A stretch of DNA of 64,000 nucleotides. It comes from Cenococcum geophilum (Eukaryota). Where the stretch lies: contig CP158635.1 in assembly GCA_050273025.1 (NCBI GenBank), forward strand, positions 32,116,001 through 32,180,000, read 5' to 3'. The position numbers were made by a program, and so were the translations under genes. Each line of letters opens with the position of its first letter. Position 1 is the stretch's first letter. The notes below the pieces were generated by a model that worked only from the letters and a program-made list of their open reading frames with translations, was not told the origin of the DNA and made no database searches. Positions 12,170 to 25,300 of the stretch are shown in pieces.

Positions 12170-12900
12170 CGTGTAGAGCTTCGATCAGTGCCTCGCGTAG
12201 AGCTTTTGAGCAGAGCTTAAGAAGAGCTCCGTGCAGAGCCTTGGTAGAGCTTCGAGCAGAGCTTCGAGGAGCTTTAAGTGGAGCTTTGATAGAGCTTTAA
12301 GTAGAGCCTCGTGCAGAGCTTTGAGCAGAGCTTCGATAGAGCCTCGAGCAGAGTTTTGATAGAGCTTCGAGCAGAGCTTCGAGCAGAGCTTGGTTAGAGA
12401 TTTGATAGAGCTTCTCTATATAGACCTTGCATTTAGGCTTGTTTTTGAAGGCCTTGTAAAGGGCTTTGTATAGAGCTTTGAGCAGAGCTTTGTATAGGCG
12501 TTCGTGCAGGCGTTCGTGTAGACATTTATAGAGGCGTTTATAGAGACGTTCGTATAGACGATTATATAGGCAATTATATAGACGTTTAATTAATCGATTG
12601 TATGGGCGTTCGTACGGGCGTTTGTATAGGTAATTAATTAATCAATCAATTAAATTGTATAGGCGTTTATACGGGCAATCGTGCGACATTTATAGAGCCG
12701 TTCGTAGAGACGATCGTATAGCAACTAGTCGTATGGGCGTTTATACGGCCAATTGTAGAACCTTTGTAGTATATTAGTGCTACATATTAGTAGAGCTTTA
12801 GAGCTCTATATAGGGCTTCAAGCAGAGCTTCGAGCAAAGCTTCGAGTAGAGCTCCAAGTAGAGCTTCGAGTAGAGCTTCGTGTAGGGCTTTTGCAGAGCT
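12170..12900 (+). repeat. Degenerate 12-bp-based satellite (AGAGCTTCGAGC / GGCGTTCGTACG)
   Basis: Dozens of visible AGAGCTTYGAGC and GGGCGTTYGTAY units. Confidence 0.85.
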
Positions 12901-13614
12901 TTGGTAGGACGTATACGGTCGCAAAAAATCTAAATACCCTTCTACTGCGCTACTATAAAGCTATTATATAACTAGCTACTTATAGATAACGTAGATAGCA
13001 GAGTTAAGAGGCTATATTAGAGATATAGAGCTTTAATTGCGTATGGTTATGGTGTAGTTAGGGGTAGTTAATATTTAAATCAATCGATTTTAGTAAGGGA
13101 GCGCGTGCTAAGATATTTTATAGTATGCAAATACTTCTACACGGGAGAATATATTGTAAAACTGCCAATCTATGCCAATAATTTATATAATATTTATTTT
13201 TAAGTAAGTATATTTCTATTATAATAAATTTATTTAAATTATTGCTAATATTTAATATTGACACCGTAAATATTAACAAATAACAGTATTTTATTGGCTG
13301 GAATTTCGCTTATTGAAAACCTCACTGCGAAGAGATCGGATTTGGAATGTGGTTAATACAAAATCCACCTACAAAGTTTCGTTTATTTCAACATCAATTT
13401 CCTATAAACAGAATCCACCTAATCCTTTATGTAATCGACCACCGGTACCAAAGCTTGCGCTACCTTATGACTTACGATCCTGTTTCTTGGCATCGCATGT
13501 CTCACTACTTATCAGGGCTCCCAATGATAACCTTATTCATTTATATATCGCGATATGCTTATCGTTATAAAGTGATATGGATATGATATTGAATCTTATA
13601 AATAAATAAATATT

Positions 13615-15350
13615 TATAAGCTTATGAATATATATATATATATAATTTAGAGCGTTAGTAGTAGTCGATGGTGTTGTAAAGGGGTAGTATAGTGTTCGCA
13701 AAGGATTGTAAATACGCCTATCGTTCTAAAATATACGCACGAGCAATATTGTATTAATTTATATTGGGATGGATGCAGGAGCTATTAATGAGCTTATTGG
13801 TTCAAGAGGCAGAAGGGGGGTGACGATTTGGGAGGACTCTAAAGACGATCGCCTCCCTCAAACGCCTTGCCAAGCCTGGTGATATTACTTATTGAGTCAA
13901 TATCGCAATATTATCACGATAACGAATATCTAAAGGCCTTAATGATATGAATACGATAAGTGGTATAAATATACATTCATTTATTACTGGGAGCTATGCT
14001 ACTTATTTCCATTACCTATTTCTATTACCTATTTCTATTACCTATCACCGACTAAGTGGCACTATCTACAGTGGAGATTGTGGATCATCGTCGTTAGCCT
14101 CTTGCCACCTACCTCGTGTATATATAGAGACTCTAGAGCTACATTTACAATCAAGTCGCTTATTTAATACCCACACTGCAAAGCTTATAGTTATAAGCCC
14201 GGATCGCACTACTTGCTAAGCAATTAATCTACTACCTTATTCCAAAAAGCCTTCTAAACTACTTCTACTACCTTTATAGTATCTTAAGCTTCTTTATTTA
14301 CTAAATAACCGACAAATATACCTAACCGATAAAAAAAACCAATGAAGTAAATTAAAAGTTTAAAACGTCTAATAAGGTTTTGTTAAGATACTAACTAGAC
14401 CCTAACCTAGACCCTTACTAACCCTTTTAAAACTCTAAAAATAACGACTACCTTAAATAAAATTTATTCTAAAATTAACCTTATCCTTAATAAGCTATCT
14501 AATTAGATTTAATAGTTCTTTATTATCTAAGATACTGCTAAAACTAATAAAGTATAGTAATATATTAACCTATTTAAAAAAAGACGAGCTTCTAAAGCTA
14601 GACTAAAACTAGATAACTACTTAAAACTAGCTCTATACTAAATATAAAGACAATCTCCATATATACTAAAAGCGAGAATAAGCTATAAACGATATTAGCA
14701 ACTATATTATTCGCTCTATATTAGTAGCCTACCTTCCCCTTATTAATGGCCAAGAAATAGTATATAAATAACTTTAAGCATTAAAGAATATACTTACCTC
14801 TACTACTTTAGGTTAAAAGTATAATATTCTTACTTAATATATAGCTCTATAGACCTATAATAAAAGAGTATTAATAAATAGTTAAACAGCTAGCGGAATA
14901 TCTATAAATTTGCGGAATAATTGGAGCTACTAGACGTATAAGAATTTAGGCCACACTGTAATTTGGTTAAGTAATTAAGTCTATCTCTTCTAGCTTTATA
15001 GAAGTATTAAAAGTAGATCTTATTTATAAAGAGCGGAAGGATAAAGCTGCCCTATCTATTATCAATCTAATTAAGGAATGTAAAGAATATTACCATATAT
15101 AGCAAATTGCATCCTTTAGTACTACTACTAGTAGCTCCGTATTTATAACTCTTTAAAATAATTATAATTCCAATTCCGATTTAAAATAGTATAAGAAATA
15201 TATAAACGGCCTTAAATATTAATATAGCGACTGCTACTATATTGCTAAGTAAAAGTGCCCTTAAGTATAGAAACTAAGACTAAACGTCTAGAAGAAAATA
15301 GATAAAATAATCTTATCTATACCTTAGGTTAAAATATATAGTTAATTAAA
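13615..15350 (+). mobile_element. Truncated Ty1/Copia retrotransposon (probable 5' LTR, PBS and gag), RIP-degraded
   Basis: GTTATAAGCCCGG at 14191 matches the fungal Copia PBS GGTTATGAGCCC after RIP. The downstream degraded ORF has fungal Copia gag features ending in DCYY...CP...KKI. The LTR start (TATAAGCTT, 13615) is tentative. Confidence 0.6.
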
Positions 15351-17806
15351 TTTAAAAAAAGAATATAAAGTTAAATTAGATATAGAATAGACAGGCTCCG
15401 GAAACTATAAGGATTAAGGCTACAGCTTAAGGCAGGATAGGTCCTTAGCCTTTTTATATATATAAGCATGAAATTAATAGGGTATTTTACTATAATTACA
15501 TTTCCTAGGGCTCCTAGGCCCTTCCTAAAAGCCTTTTAAGGCCTTCCTAAGCACCTAATTAAGGTTCTTAATTACTACTATATATAAGAACAAATCCCAA
15601 ATACCTAATCTAAAAAGCTACTATGCCTTATCCTTAGGAGTAGGATTAGTATCTATTAGCCCTTTAAGGGATAGCTAATAGAAATAAGATCCCTTTATAA
15701 GTATATAGGTAGGTATAAAAATAGGGGTAGGATAATAAGGTATAGCTAGGGCAGAGATCCTTAAACGCTTAATACTAATATTAGGTCCAAACTAATACTA
15801 ATAAAGCTCTTATAGTATAAGCTTATAGTTAATAAAGATACACTTAAGCCTAGAATAAATAGAGATATTAGCTAGCTGGTATAGTCCAGAACCACTAAGA
15901 CCTTACTATAGTAACTATTAGTTATCTATTTACTAGGTACCTAAAGGGTAACCTACCTAATAATATATTATATTATGCCCTTTAAAAACTTAATATATAT
16001 ATATAAACTCCTTCTTATGATATATAGCGACCTTCTTCTTATTGTCCCCATCTTTTACCCTATCTTTAGTATACCAGCCTTGCTTATATATTAGATGCTA
16101 CTAGCTAGCTTACTGGAAATTGTACGCGGTATAGATGGCTATGGTATAGTCTTAAATCCAACCCAATTATTTAGTATTAGCGCTTAAATAGAACAGAGCC
16201 TGGGTAATATAGTAGTTAAGAATATTAAAGGAATGCTGCTACTTAGGCCTAGGCTATTAAAGCTTTATATTAGTAATAGAAAACTATCTAAAAATATAAA
16301 AGCTTACCTTAACGTAACTACTGCTCTTAGTACGCATGCATTAATTATAAGGACTAAAGGTATTAGATCTAATATAGCGCGTCTTATTACAAGCCTCTAA
16401 AATCCTCTTATTAGATTTCTGGTCTTTTAAGGACGTATAAGTAAAGTTATTTAAGCAAGACCAGTACTAGTTGCGGGTTAGCGGGGGTTAGGGTTCTATA
16501 TATAACGGTAGGGCTAAAATACGCTAAGGAATTGGCTTAAAAGAGCAGTTAGTAGGAGAACAAAGAGGTATATTAAATTATTAATAAAAAAGAAGAAAAT
16601 CTTAATAATATATTAAAGATATGTGTAAAATTGGACGAAGGTTAATAGGGGGGAAGTAAGGTATTAAGGAAAAGGAGCAGCTTAATAAGCAAGGTGTCCT
16701 TATACTTTACCGTCCAATATCCTTCTAGTAAATAGCCGCAACCTTGCTAATATAACTCTGTTATAATAGCGTTATTTAAAAGGAAATACAAGTATATATT
16801 ATCTAACCATTACTTCTTTATAAAAACTAAGTATATAGCTAGGGGAAGGCAATTAAGACATTAATTAAAGGCGTATATAGGTTAAATTATATCTAAACAA
16901 TACTATAGTATTAAAGAACAATGTTATAGACGTTTTTAATAATCGCATAAGAGCTACAAATGCTGTTACGAAGTGTCCTTCCTATTTGCTAAATAGTAAA
17001 GCTACGCCAATTATATAGCATAGGACTACTAGATTTAAAAGCATATACACTAAATCTTAGGAGACAAGTCTCCTTAATTAACTAATTAATACCTTAATTA
17101 TATTTAAAAGCCTAAGGGCAAATATAGAAGTAATGTGTTAGTAACGTAAAGGGTTATAAGAGAAGATTATAAATTATATCTTAGCAGTTAAAGACGATGG
17201 TAAGCTAAGGCCCTATATATTAAATCCTATACCAAAAGGTTCTATAGAACTATACTAGAACACTAAATTACCTATAATACTTATAATTAATTAGAGACCG
17301 GTATAAAGACTTAGAAGTAGAGTTATATAAAAATCCTTAGGTTAACTTAGGTAGTTACTAGTATATTTCTAGCAGGCTTCTAATAGATCTCCTAGCAATC
17401 CTTATATCTTTTCTCTAGTTATGTTTTTCCCTTACTAAAGTTTTTAGGAGTTTAAAGTAGGGGTTAGATAGACAGATAATATATAATAGCATACCGATAT
17501 CTCTCTAAACCCCTTCTAGGACGAGCGCTTATAAACTCCCTACCGTAAGGTAATAGTAATTAGGGGCTAACTATAAGAAGGGGGGGGGCAATGTAAGGGA
17601 TATTATTGCGGTCACCTTGGGTTGCCCTTAAGACAACCCCCAGATACCCCTTAGGCGTCTATTAGTTACGTGCTAAAGGCATATACCTATAGTATATAGT
17701 CTCTATAATCCCAGAAGCCTTACATTCTTAAGGATTTATCTCTCTTACTAATCTATCCTATTCTAATTATGTCCTTATAGCCCCCTATTTACAAGATCCC
17801 CCTATA
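15350..17806 (+). mobile_element. 3' fragment of Gypsy family B (antisense-gene region, PPT and 3' LTR 17592-17806)
   Basis: Reverse-complement match to 22384-24900. PPT AAGAAGGGGGGGG precedes TGTAAGGGATATTATTGCGG. Confidence 0.9.
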
Positions 17807-18116
17807 ATAAGATATTGGCAGAGTCTATGGGTTTTACTTTATTCTTAGCTACTATAGCCTATCTTTTATTATAAAGCGTAGAGAGATTTACCCTTTTTAG
17901 CTCAGGTGCATTAGTTAAAGGTAGAGCGGTATATTTTTCTAATATTTTAAAGCTAATAATGTAAGAATAGCAAATTAGGAGCGAATTAGGTATATAAAAA
18001 GGCATTTACTATAATATAGTAGATGGCGTAGTATAGGAGATGTTAAAAGTTTAACTAAAAGTGAAGTTTGCTTTTAATTTAAGGTTTAGGGTCTATGCGC
18101 TAATAAGTTATAGCGC

Positions 18117-21013
18117 CAGTCTTGCGGTTGATACCCGATACCCCCAATATGTATCGCCGATACCTCCATACCCCGATACGGCCTAGTGTCCAATATGTAT
18201 CGCCGATACTTATATAAAGTCTTGGCATTTATATAAATATCCAAAATTTTACTTATACGAAGCTGTAATAGCTAATTAGAATTCTATTCTTTTATCTAAT
18301 GACTTTAAAACTCTTAATTCTCTTAATAGAAATACCGATACTGTTCTCTTTAGTGGTGATACTAATACTGCATTAGCCTTAGTATCTTATATAACACCTA
18401 AACTTACTTCCTTAATCTATAAAGATACTCGTCTTATAAATGACGATAAACGTTATATAAAGAATGGTTACTATTTCTATAAATACTGCGAGCCTTTAGA
18501 TCCTAAAGGGTATTATCCTTTAACATATGGCCTTAAACTATACCTTAAAAGGGAGTATAATATTAACTGGATAATAGCTGAGAATAAGTCTTATATAATA
18601 TTACAAGATTATATAAAGGATTTAATGCAATAATTATACAAAAGCCTTTTAGAAAAGGGGGGAATTAAGGGGCTTAAGGGTAAAGTTCTTTATTATATAG
18701 TGGAGAAAGACTTAATTAAACAAACGCTGGTTGATCTAATTGTTGTACAATAGCTCCCTTTTTTATACGTTAAATAGCCAGAATTTTATACTTTTATTAA
18801 AGCACTTAATTAAGAAGCTAATTATCCTAATATATTACTTAATAATTATAAAATGGATTTAACGTTATTATATTAATAATTAGGATATTATATAACGAGT
18901 ACTTTAATCTACAAAGATACCTATTTATCTTGCAGTTAATATCTAGACGTATCTTAATTATACTCTTCTTCTTAGCATCTGTGCTAGCTTTCTTAATATT
19001 AATAATTACTATTATAATATCTTAATTGGCCTTTGTATAGTATAGAGTTAAAGTAGTAAGAATTAATAGGAAGCACTTTAACCTATTCTTAAGTCGTACG
19101 GTATTTAAATAAAGATTAGAGTACTTATTGGCGATAATGCGGGATTAAATAATATTTTATATTGTATAATATCTAAATAGCTTATTCTTATATACAAGAT
19201 TTCCTAAAACGTGTTATACTAAAGGATTTGTTACTAGGGACACGTTATTAATCTAATTATTTAAGCTTTCCTCTTTCCCTTAAAGAAGGATTAGAAGCTT
19301 ATAGAGTTATATAACTAAGAAGATAAAGTAGAGTAAGAAGGAGATAAAGAAGAAGATAATAATAATAAGGAGGAAGAGAATAAAGAAGATAAAGATATTA
19401 TATAATAGTTAGCTCCCATAAAGATACCATAAGGAAGAGAAAAGGGGAAAAGGAAGACGCAAAAAGTTAAGCCAGAAAGTATTGTATAATAAGTAAATCA
19501 ATTAATAAAGGCAACTTAATTAGCTAAACGAGGTCGAAATATATAAGCGATTTTAGGCCTATTAGGAAAGCTTTATAACCTTATTATTGATATTCGTTCC
19601 TCTATAAATTATACAATATAGTTTATAAATAAAGCTAGACGTATAATTCCTCTTAGTAATTATACGAGATAGAATAGCTGGTGGAAGATGATATTAGTAG
19701 CTCTTAATTCTAAAATTAGGACTGGATTAAGCCTCTATATTAAGGAATATTAAAAAAATATTTCTAAAGAAGATTTCTTATTAATAGAGGATTGGATACA
19801 GCTTTATACGATATATAACTTCCTTAAAGCCTTCTATAATGCAACCCTTTTTATTAAAGGGAGTCGTCTAATACTTAAAAGAGTTCTAGAATTAATTGCT
19901 ATTTTTAAACGTACTATTTAGAAATTATAAGTATATTATATAATACCCTATTCTTCTCTTTTACTAATAATCTTAAAATAAATCTAAGGATAAGTTTATC
20001 CTTTTAGGGGTTATATAAGCCTTAGTAAAGCTTAAGAAGTATTAAAAGGAGCTTACTAAGTCTCTATACTATCTAGCTACACAAGTTCTAAACCCTAAGG
20101 CTTATATAATATTTATAAGGAATTAATAGGATAATCTTACTCTTAAAGGAAAATAGCAACTCTATATTGTACAAAAGCTTTAGGAGAGATTTCTTTATAA
20201 GGTACTACTACTAGATCCTAAGCCATCATATAACACCTAAAGAGGAAGAGAAGATATTTCTAAAAAAGAGCTCTCTGAGTTTAAAAAGGCTTATTATAAT
20301 ATGCTTTAAGAGGCTATAGAAGCAGATAAAGTTAATAAGTTTAAGGTATATATCTGTAAAAAAGTAATATTACTTTTAAAGAGTTATACGAAGGCTATTA
20401 ACTAGTGGTGTTTTCTAGCTTAGCGTATTCGCTTTCCACGGCTCTTACAACTAGTAATTAAGGTTCTCTTAATACCTGGAATAAGTAATAAGCTAGAAAG
20501 GGTATTTTTAGGTACTTAACGTTAAGTTTTATAGGATCGTACAAAGACTAATATAAAAATACTTAAGGCAGTAGAATGCTTAAGGATTGGGTAGCTGAGG
20601 AGATTCTAAGTATTCCACTTTAGATTCTATATTATATAAAGTAGAAATCTACTTTTTTACCTCCTTAGCTTACTAGAGAATCCTTAACAGCCTAAAATTA
20701 GCTTTTATAGTAGCTGTTACAAAGCGAGTATAATAAGTATACGGGGCAGAAGTCGCGGATATTTCGGGTATTACGGATATTGCGAGCGGATATCATAAAT
20801 ATTGCGAATATTGCGGATATTGCAATATTATAATTGGTCTTTAATTGCTAGGTTAGTAGAAATAGGTGGACGTATATAAGGTGTCACGGGGGTATCCCGT
20901 AATAGTGGCGTAAAATACTGCAGTATTGGATACGTATCGGGGTATCGGCGATAGTATTGGCCGATACTCGGGTATCCTAATACTAGGTATCGGGGGTATC
21001 AACCACAAAACTG
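18117..21013 (+). mobile_element. Full-length hAT DNA transposon, RIP-degraded
   Basis: TIR CAGTYTTGYGGTTGATACCC and an 8-bp TSD TATAGCGC (18109-18116, 21014-21021), with GATACC subterminal repeats. The transposase remnant at ~18270-20610 has a BED finger, GDNA, C..H(V)INL, TRWNSW and the hATC dimerisation motif (WW...FPRL...IPG...ERVF). Confidence 0.93.
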
Positions 21014-21060
21014 TATAGCGCTATATAATCTTACTTTTTAAATTAAATCTTATCTACAAA

Positions 21061-21187
21061 TGTGAGGTGATAAGCTCCGCACCACTCAGCTATATAAACC
21101 CATAAAAGGTAAACGGGTGACTGGCTTAATGCTAGACACGGCTGTGCGGAACAATATATATAGGCAAGGTGACTTCGTCACCTAACA
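21061..21187. mobile_element. 127-bp solo LTR
   Basis: Inverted termini TGTGAGGTGA...TCACCTAACA; flanks ACAAA/ACAAC (5-bp TSD with one mismatch). Confidence 0.7.
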
Positions 21188-22383
21188 ACAACCTCTACTA
21201 ATTATATTTCTATTTACTATAATATAGTAAATACCTATACTACTATAGCAGCTATAGAATATACGTATTATTATAAATAGCGTTCTTTATTATAAAAGAA
21301 CTTATTGCATATAAAATTGCCTATAAAATCTTCTATTAGTTTACCTTTAAAAATAAAAAGTAATAACTAGTCTAATTCGTCTTCGTATTACAATAGTGCA
21401 ATTAATAAACTACTACGCTATTTAACTAACTCTAAAGCTATACTAGGCTTATACTCCTACTTTACTATATATATTTCCCAGATAGGATCTATTACGAACG
21501 CTTTAAGTACAATGTTATAACTACTTAGGGAAGAGTCAAAAGAAGCTAGTTGGTTAATTTAAGCACGGTCTAGGATGGAGCCGATAGAACTATATGACGA
21601 GAAATAGTAACCGAGGTTACATAATGTGATCTGTATAATCTATATAATCTATAAAATCTATAACAGAGTAGATAGAGTATACGTATGTTACGTATAAGAA
21701 GGATTTTATAGGAGTACAGTTATATATTTAAGGACCCTCAGTCCCTACCTAGATAGTTCCTTCCTTATAGTAATTCTTAGAATACAATTAGAGTTAATCT
21801 ATTAGGCAACCACTCCACCAGTTATTATTACGTTGTTAACTTTTATACTTATATTTCCTATACACCTAGCCCAATAATAGGACCTATTGTAGTTCCTACT
21901 ATTAGGTTCCGTTACATAATCACTACCTAGTTATAGTATTAAATATAAAAAGTTGAACAATATACCACCAAAAGTAGCCACTATAACGCCATTGACGGCG
22001 GCAACTACTTTAAGGTTAGGTAACACTAGTATGGCAGATACTAACTTATAGCAACCTATAACGGTTGGATAGTTATAAGAGGTAATTAACTAGTTAATAG
22101 CTAATAATACAGCGTTAGAAGAAAGGGTTAATGGGATTAGAGCGGTAAAGGTTAAGTTACTATCTATTAAGAGATTTTTAGGAGAAAGATTAAAGCTTAA
22201 GGGATTTTTTATATAAATGCACTTTAAAGTTTTATAGGAAGGGGTAAAGCTACTAATACCTATGGATTGAATAGCCTATATAGAACTATTCCTATTAGGA
22301 AGAGCACTAGAGTAGTTTAAACCTTATCCTATAGAGATATAAATGAACAGAATAACGACTACTAATTAAGACGTGCGATTTAT

Positions 22384-25300
22384 TGTAAGGGGATCTTATA
22401 GACAGGGGGCTATAAGGACACGATTGGAACAAGATAGATTGGTAAGAGAGACGAATCCTTGAGGAGGTAAGGCCTCTGGGATCGTGGAGACTATATACTA
22501 CGGGCACGTGCCGGAGGCACGTGCCCGGCGACCATCTGAGGGGCGTCCGGGGGTTGTTCTAAGGGCAACCCGAGGTGTCCGCAATAATATCCCTTACATT
22601 GCCCCCCCCCTTCTTACGGTCGGCCCCTGATCGCCATTACCTTGCGGTAGGGAGATTATAAGGGCTCGTCCCGGAAGAGGTTCAGAGAGATATTGGAGAG
22701 GTGTTGGCATGCCGCTGTATATCATCTATCTATCTAACCCCTACTTTAAACTCCTAAAAAACCTTAATAAGGAAAAAATATAACTGGAGAAAAGACGTAA
22801 GGATTGCTAAGAGACCTATTAGAAGCCTATCGGAAGCATGCTAGTGACTACCTGGGCTGATATAGGGATTTTTATATAACTCTGCTTCTAAGCCTTTATG
22901 CCGGTCTATAATTAATCACGAGTATTATAGGCAATTTGGTGTTCCAGTATAGTTCCATAGAACCTTTGGTATAGGATTTAACGTACGGAGCCTTGGCTTG
23001 CCGTTGTCTTTAACTGCTAAGATATAGTTTATGATCTTTTCTTATAATCCTTTTCTTATGATCCCCTGCGTTACTAACGTATTGCTCCCGCATTTGCCCT
23101 TAGGTTATTAGATGCGGTTAAGGTATCAATTAGTTAGTTAAAGAGACTTGTCTCTTAAGATTTGGTGTATATGGTTTTAAATCTGGTAATCCTATGCCGT
23201 ATATTTAGCGTAGCTCTACTACCTAGTAAATAGGGACATTTCGTAATAGCAATTGTAGCTATTATGCGATTGTTAAGAACGTCTATGACGTTATTCTTTG
23301 ATACTGTGGTATTGTTTTAGGTCTAATTTAACCTATATGCGTCTTTAATTTAACGTCTTAATTGCCTTCCCCCGGCCGCGTAGTTAGTTTTTGTAAGGAA
23401 GTAATGGTTAAATAACTTATACGCGTGTTTCCTTCCTTCTAAATAGCGCTATTGTAACGGAGTTATATTAGTAAGGTTGCGGTTATTTACTGAAAGGGTA
23501 TTGGATGGTAAAGTATAAGGACACCTTTACTTATCGAGCAGCTCCTTTTCCTTAACACCTTACTTTCCCATTATTAACCTTTATTTAATTTTGGACGTAT
23601 CTTTAATATATTATTAAGATTTTCTTTTTTTCTATTAATAATTTAATATGCCTCTTTGTTCTCCTGCTAACTGCTCTTTTAAGCAGATTCCACAGCGTAT
23701 CCTAGCCCTACCTTTGTATATAGAACCCTAACCTCCGCTAACTTATAACTGGTGCTAGTCCTGCCTAAATAATTTTGCCTGCATGTCTTTAAAAGACTAG
23801 AAATCTAATAATAGGATTCTGGAGGCTTGTAATAAGACGCACTACGTTAGATCCAATACCTTTAGTCCTTGTAATTGATGCATGCGTACTAAGAGCGGCA
23901 GTTGCGTTAAGGTGAGCTTTTCTATTCTTAATAGATTTCCATTGCTAACTTTAAGCTTTAATAGCCTGGGCCTGAGTGGCGACGTTCCTTTAATATCCTT
24001 AACTACTATATCGCCCGGGCTCTCTCTTATTCTAGCGCAAATGCTAAATGACTTAGCCGAATTTAAGACTATGCTACGGCCATCTATACTGCCTATAATT
24101 CCTAGTAAGCTAGCTAGTAACGCCTGATATAAGAGTAAGGTTGGTATACTGAGGATAGGGTAAAGGATGGGGGTGATAAGAAGAAGGTTGCTGTCTACTA
24201 TAGGAAGGAGTTTACGTATGCGTGTTAAGTTTTGAAAGAGCATAATATAATACGTTATTAGGTAGGTTACCCTTTAGATACCTGCCGGATAGGTAACTAA
24301 TAGTTGCTATAGTAAGGTCTTGGTAGTTCTGGACTATACCAGCTAGCTAACGTCTCTGTTTATTCTGGGCTTAAGTGTGTCTTTATTAACTATAAGCTTA
24401 CGCCGTAAGAGCTTTATTAGTATTGGTTTGGACCTAATATTAGTGTTAAGCGTTTAAGAGTCTCTGCTCTAGCTATACCTTATCGTCCTACCCCTGTTTT
24501 TATGCCTACTCGTACGCCTACCAAGGCATCTAGATCCCATTCTCGTCAGCCATCACTTAGTGGCCTGATGGATACTAATCCTACTCCTAATGATAAGGCA
24601 TAGTGGCTTTTTAGATTAGGCATTTATGGTTTAGACTTTTGGGATTCGTTCTTATATATAGTAGCAATTAAGGACCTTAATTAGGTGCTTAGGAAGGCCT
24701 TATAAGGCTTTTGGAAAGGACTTGGAAGCCCTAGGAACAATGTTCCTAGTATAGATTAATAAATGGGAATGCAATTCTAGCAAAATGCCCTATTAACTCT
24801 ATGCTATGTACGTGAAAAGGCTAAGGACCCGTCCTGCCTTGGGCCGTAGCCCTATCCCTATAGTTTCCGGAGCCTATCCGTTCTATATCTAATTTAACCT
24901 ATTTACTCTTTTTGCGAGCTTTCTTTATAGGTCGCGATAACACCATAGTATTAGAGCGCTTTCTATAACTTATAGATTGTGGACCTTGGTCCTAATATTC
25001 TTTTAGAATATCTTCGCAATAATTGAGGTGATCCTCTGGTTCCCATATAAAGTCCTTAGCGGGCTAGCCTAGCCATTTGACTTTAAATTAAAGCTTGTTC
25101 TTAATAGACTTATGGCGTAGTATAGCTTCAACCTTATACTACTCGCCTACCACTTTAGGGTGTTTAATTGGACCTAGACGGAAGTTCTTTTCTAGCGGTG
25201 GTCTATACCATAGCTCTAGTAGGTTTATGTAAAACACTAGATATATATGGGCTATAGATGGGGGTAGCTGGAGACAATAGGCTAGCTTACTAATTTGTTC

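Larger units (their letters stand above)
6157..12930 (-). mobile_element. Putative non-autonomous Helitron-like element rich in GCAGAGCTTC-type tandem repeats (interrupted by the Crypton and piggyBac)
   Basis: On the minus strand it ends with a hairpin (plus strand GGGATTTGC-TTC-GCAAATTCT, 6167-6187) followed by CTAG|T at 6157, the canonical Helitron 3' layout. Repeat arrays lie at 6225-6335 and 12170-12900. The 5' end is uncertain. Confidence 0.45.
5887..13322. mobile_element. Old TIR-transposon relic (hAT-like) acting as the outer shell of a nest
   Basis: The left end AGGGTTTCAGTATC..GGCCAAT resembles the reverse complement of the right end (AGGTTTTCAATAAG..AGCCAAT). Subterminal AATATTGGC repeats lie at 5940-5970, with degenerate inverse copies at 13160-13270. 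No TSD was found. Confidence 0.4.

Noticed and set aside
17807..21484. Identity of the RIP'd sequence hosting the hAT, the 127-bp solo LTR and Gypsy A (continues 47497-48230)
   Set aside because: It is probably another TE relic, but no motif or terminus could be recognised, so it is left unclassified.
23842..24243. 133-aa minus-strand ORF as an env-like gene
   Set aside because: It has no recognisable motif. The opposite strand shows the Cys cluster and splice signals in both copies, so this ORF is likely a shadow frame.
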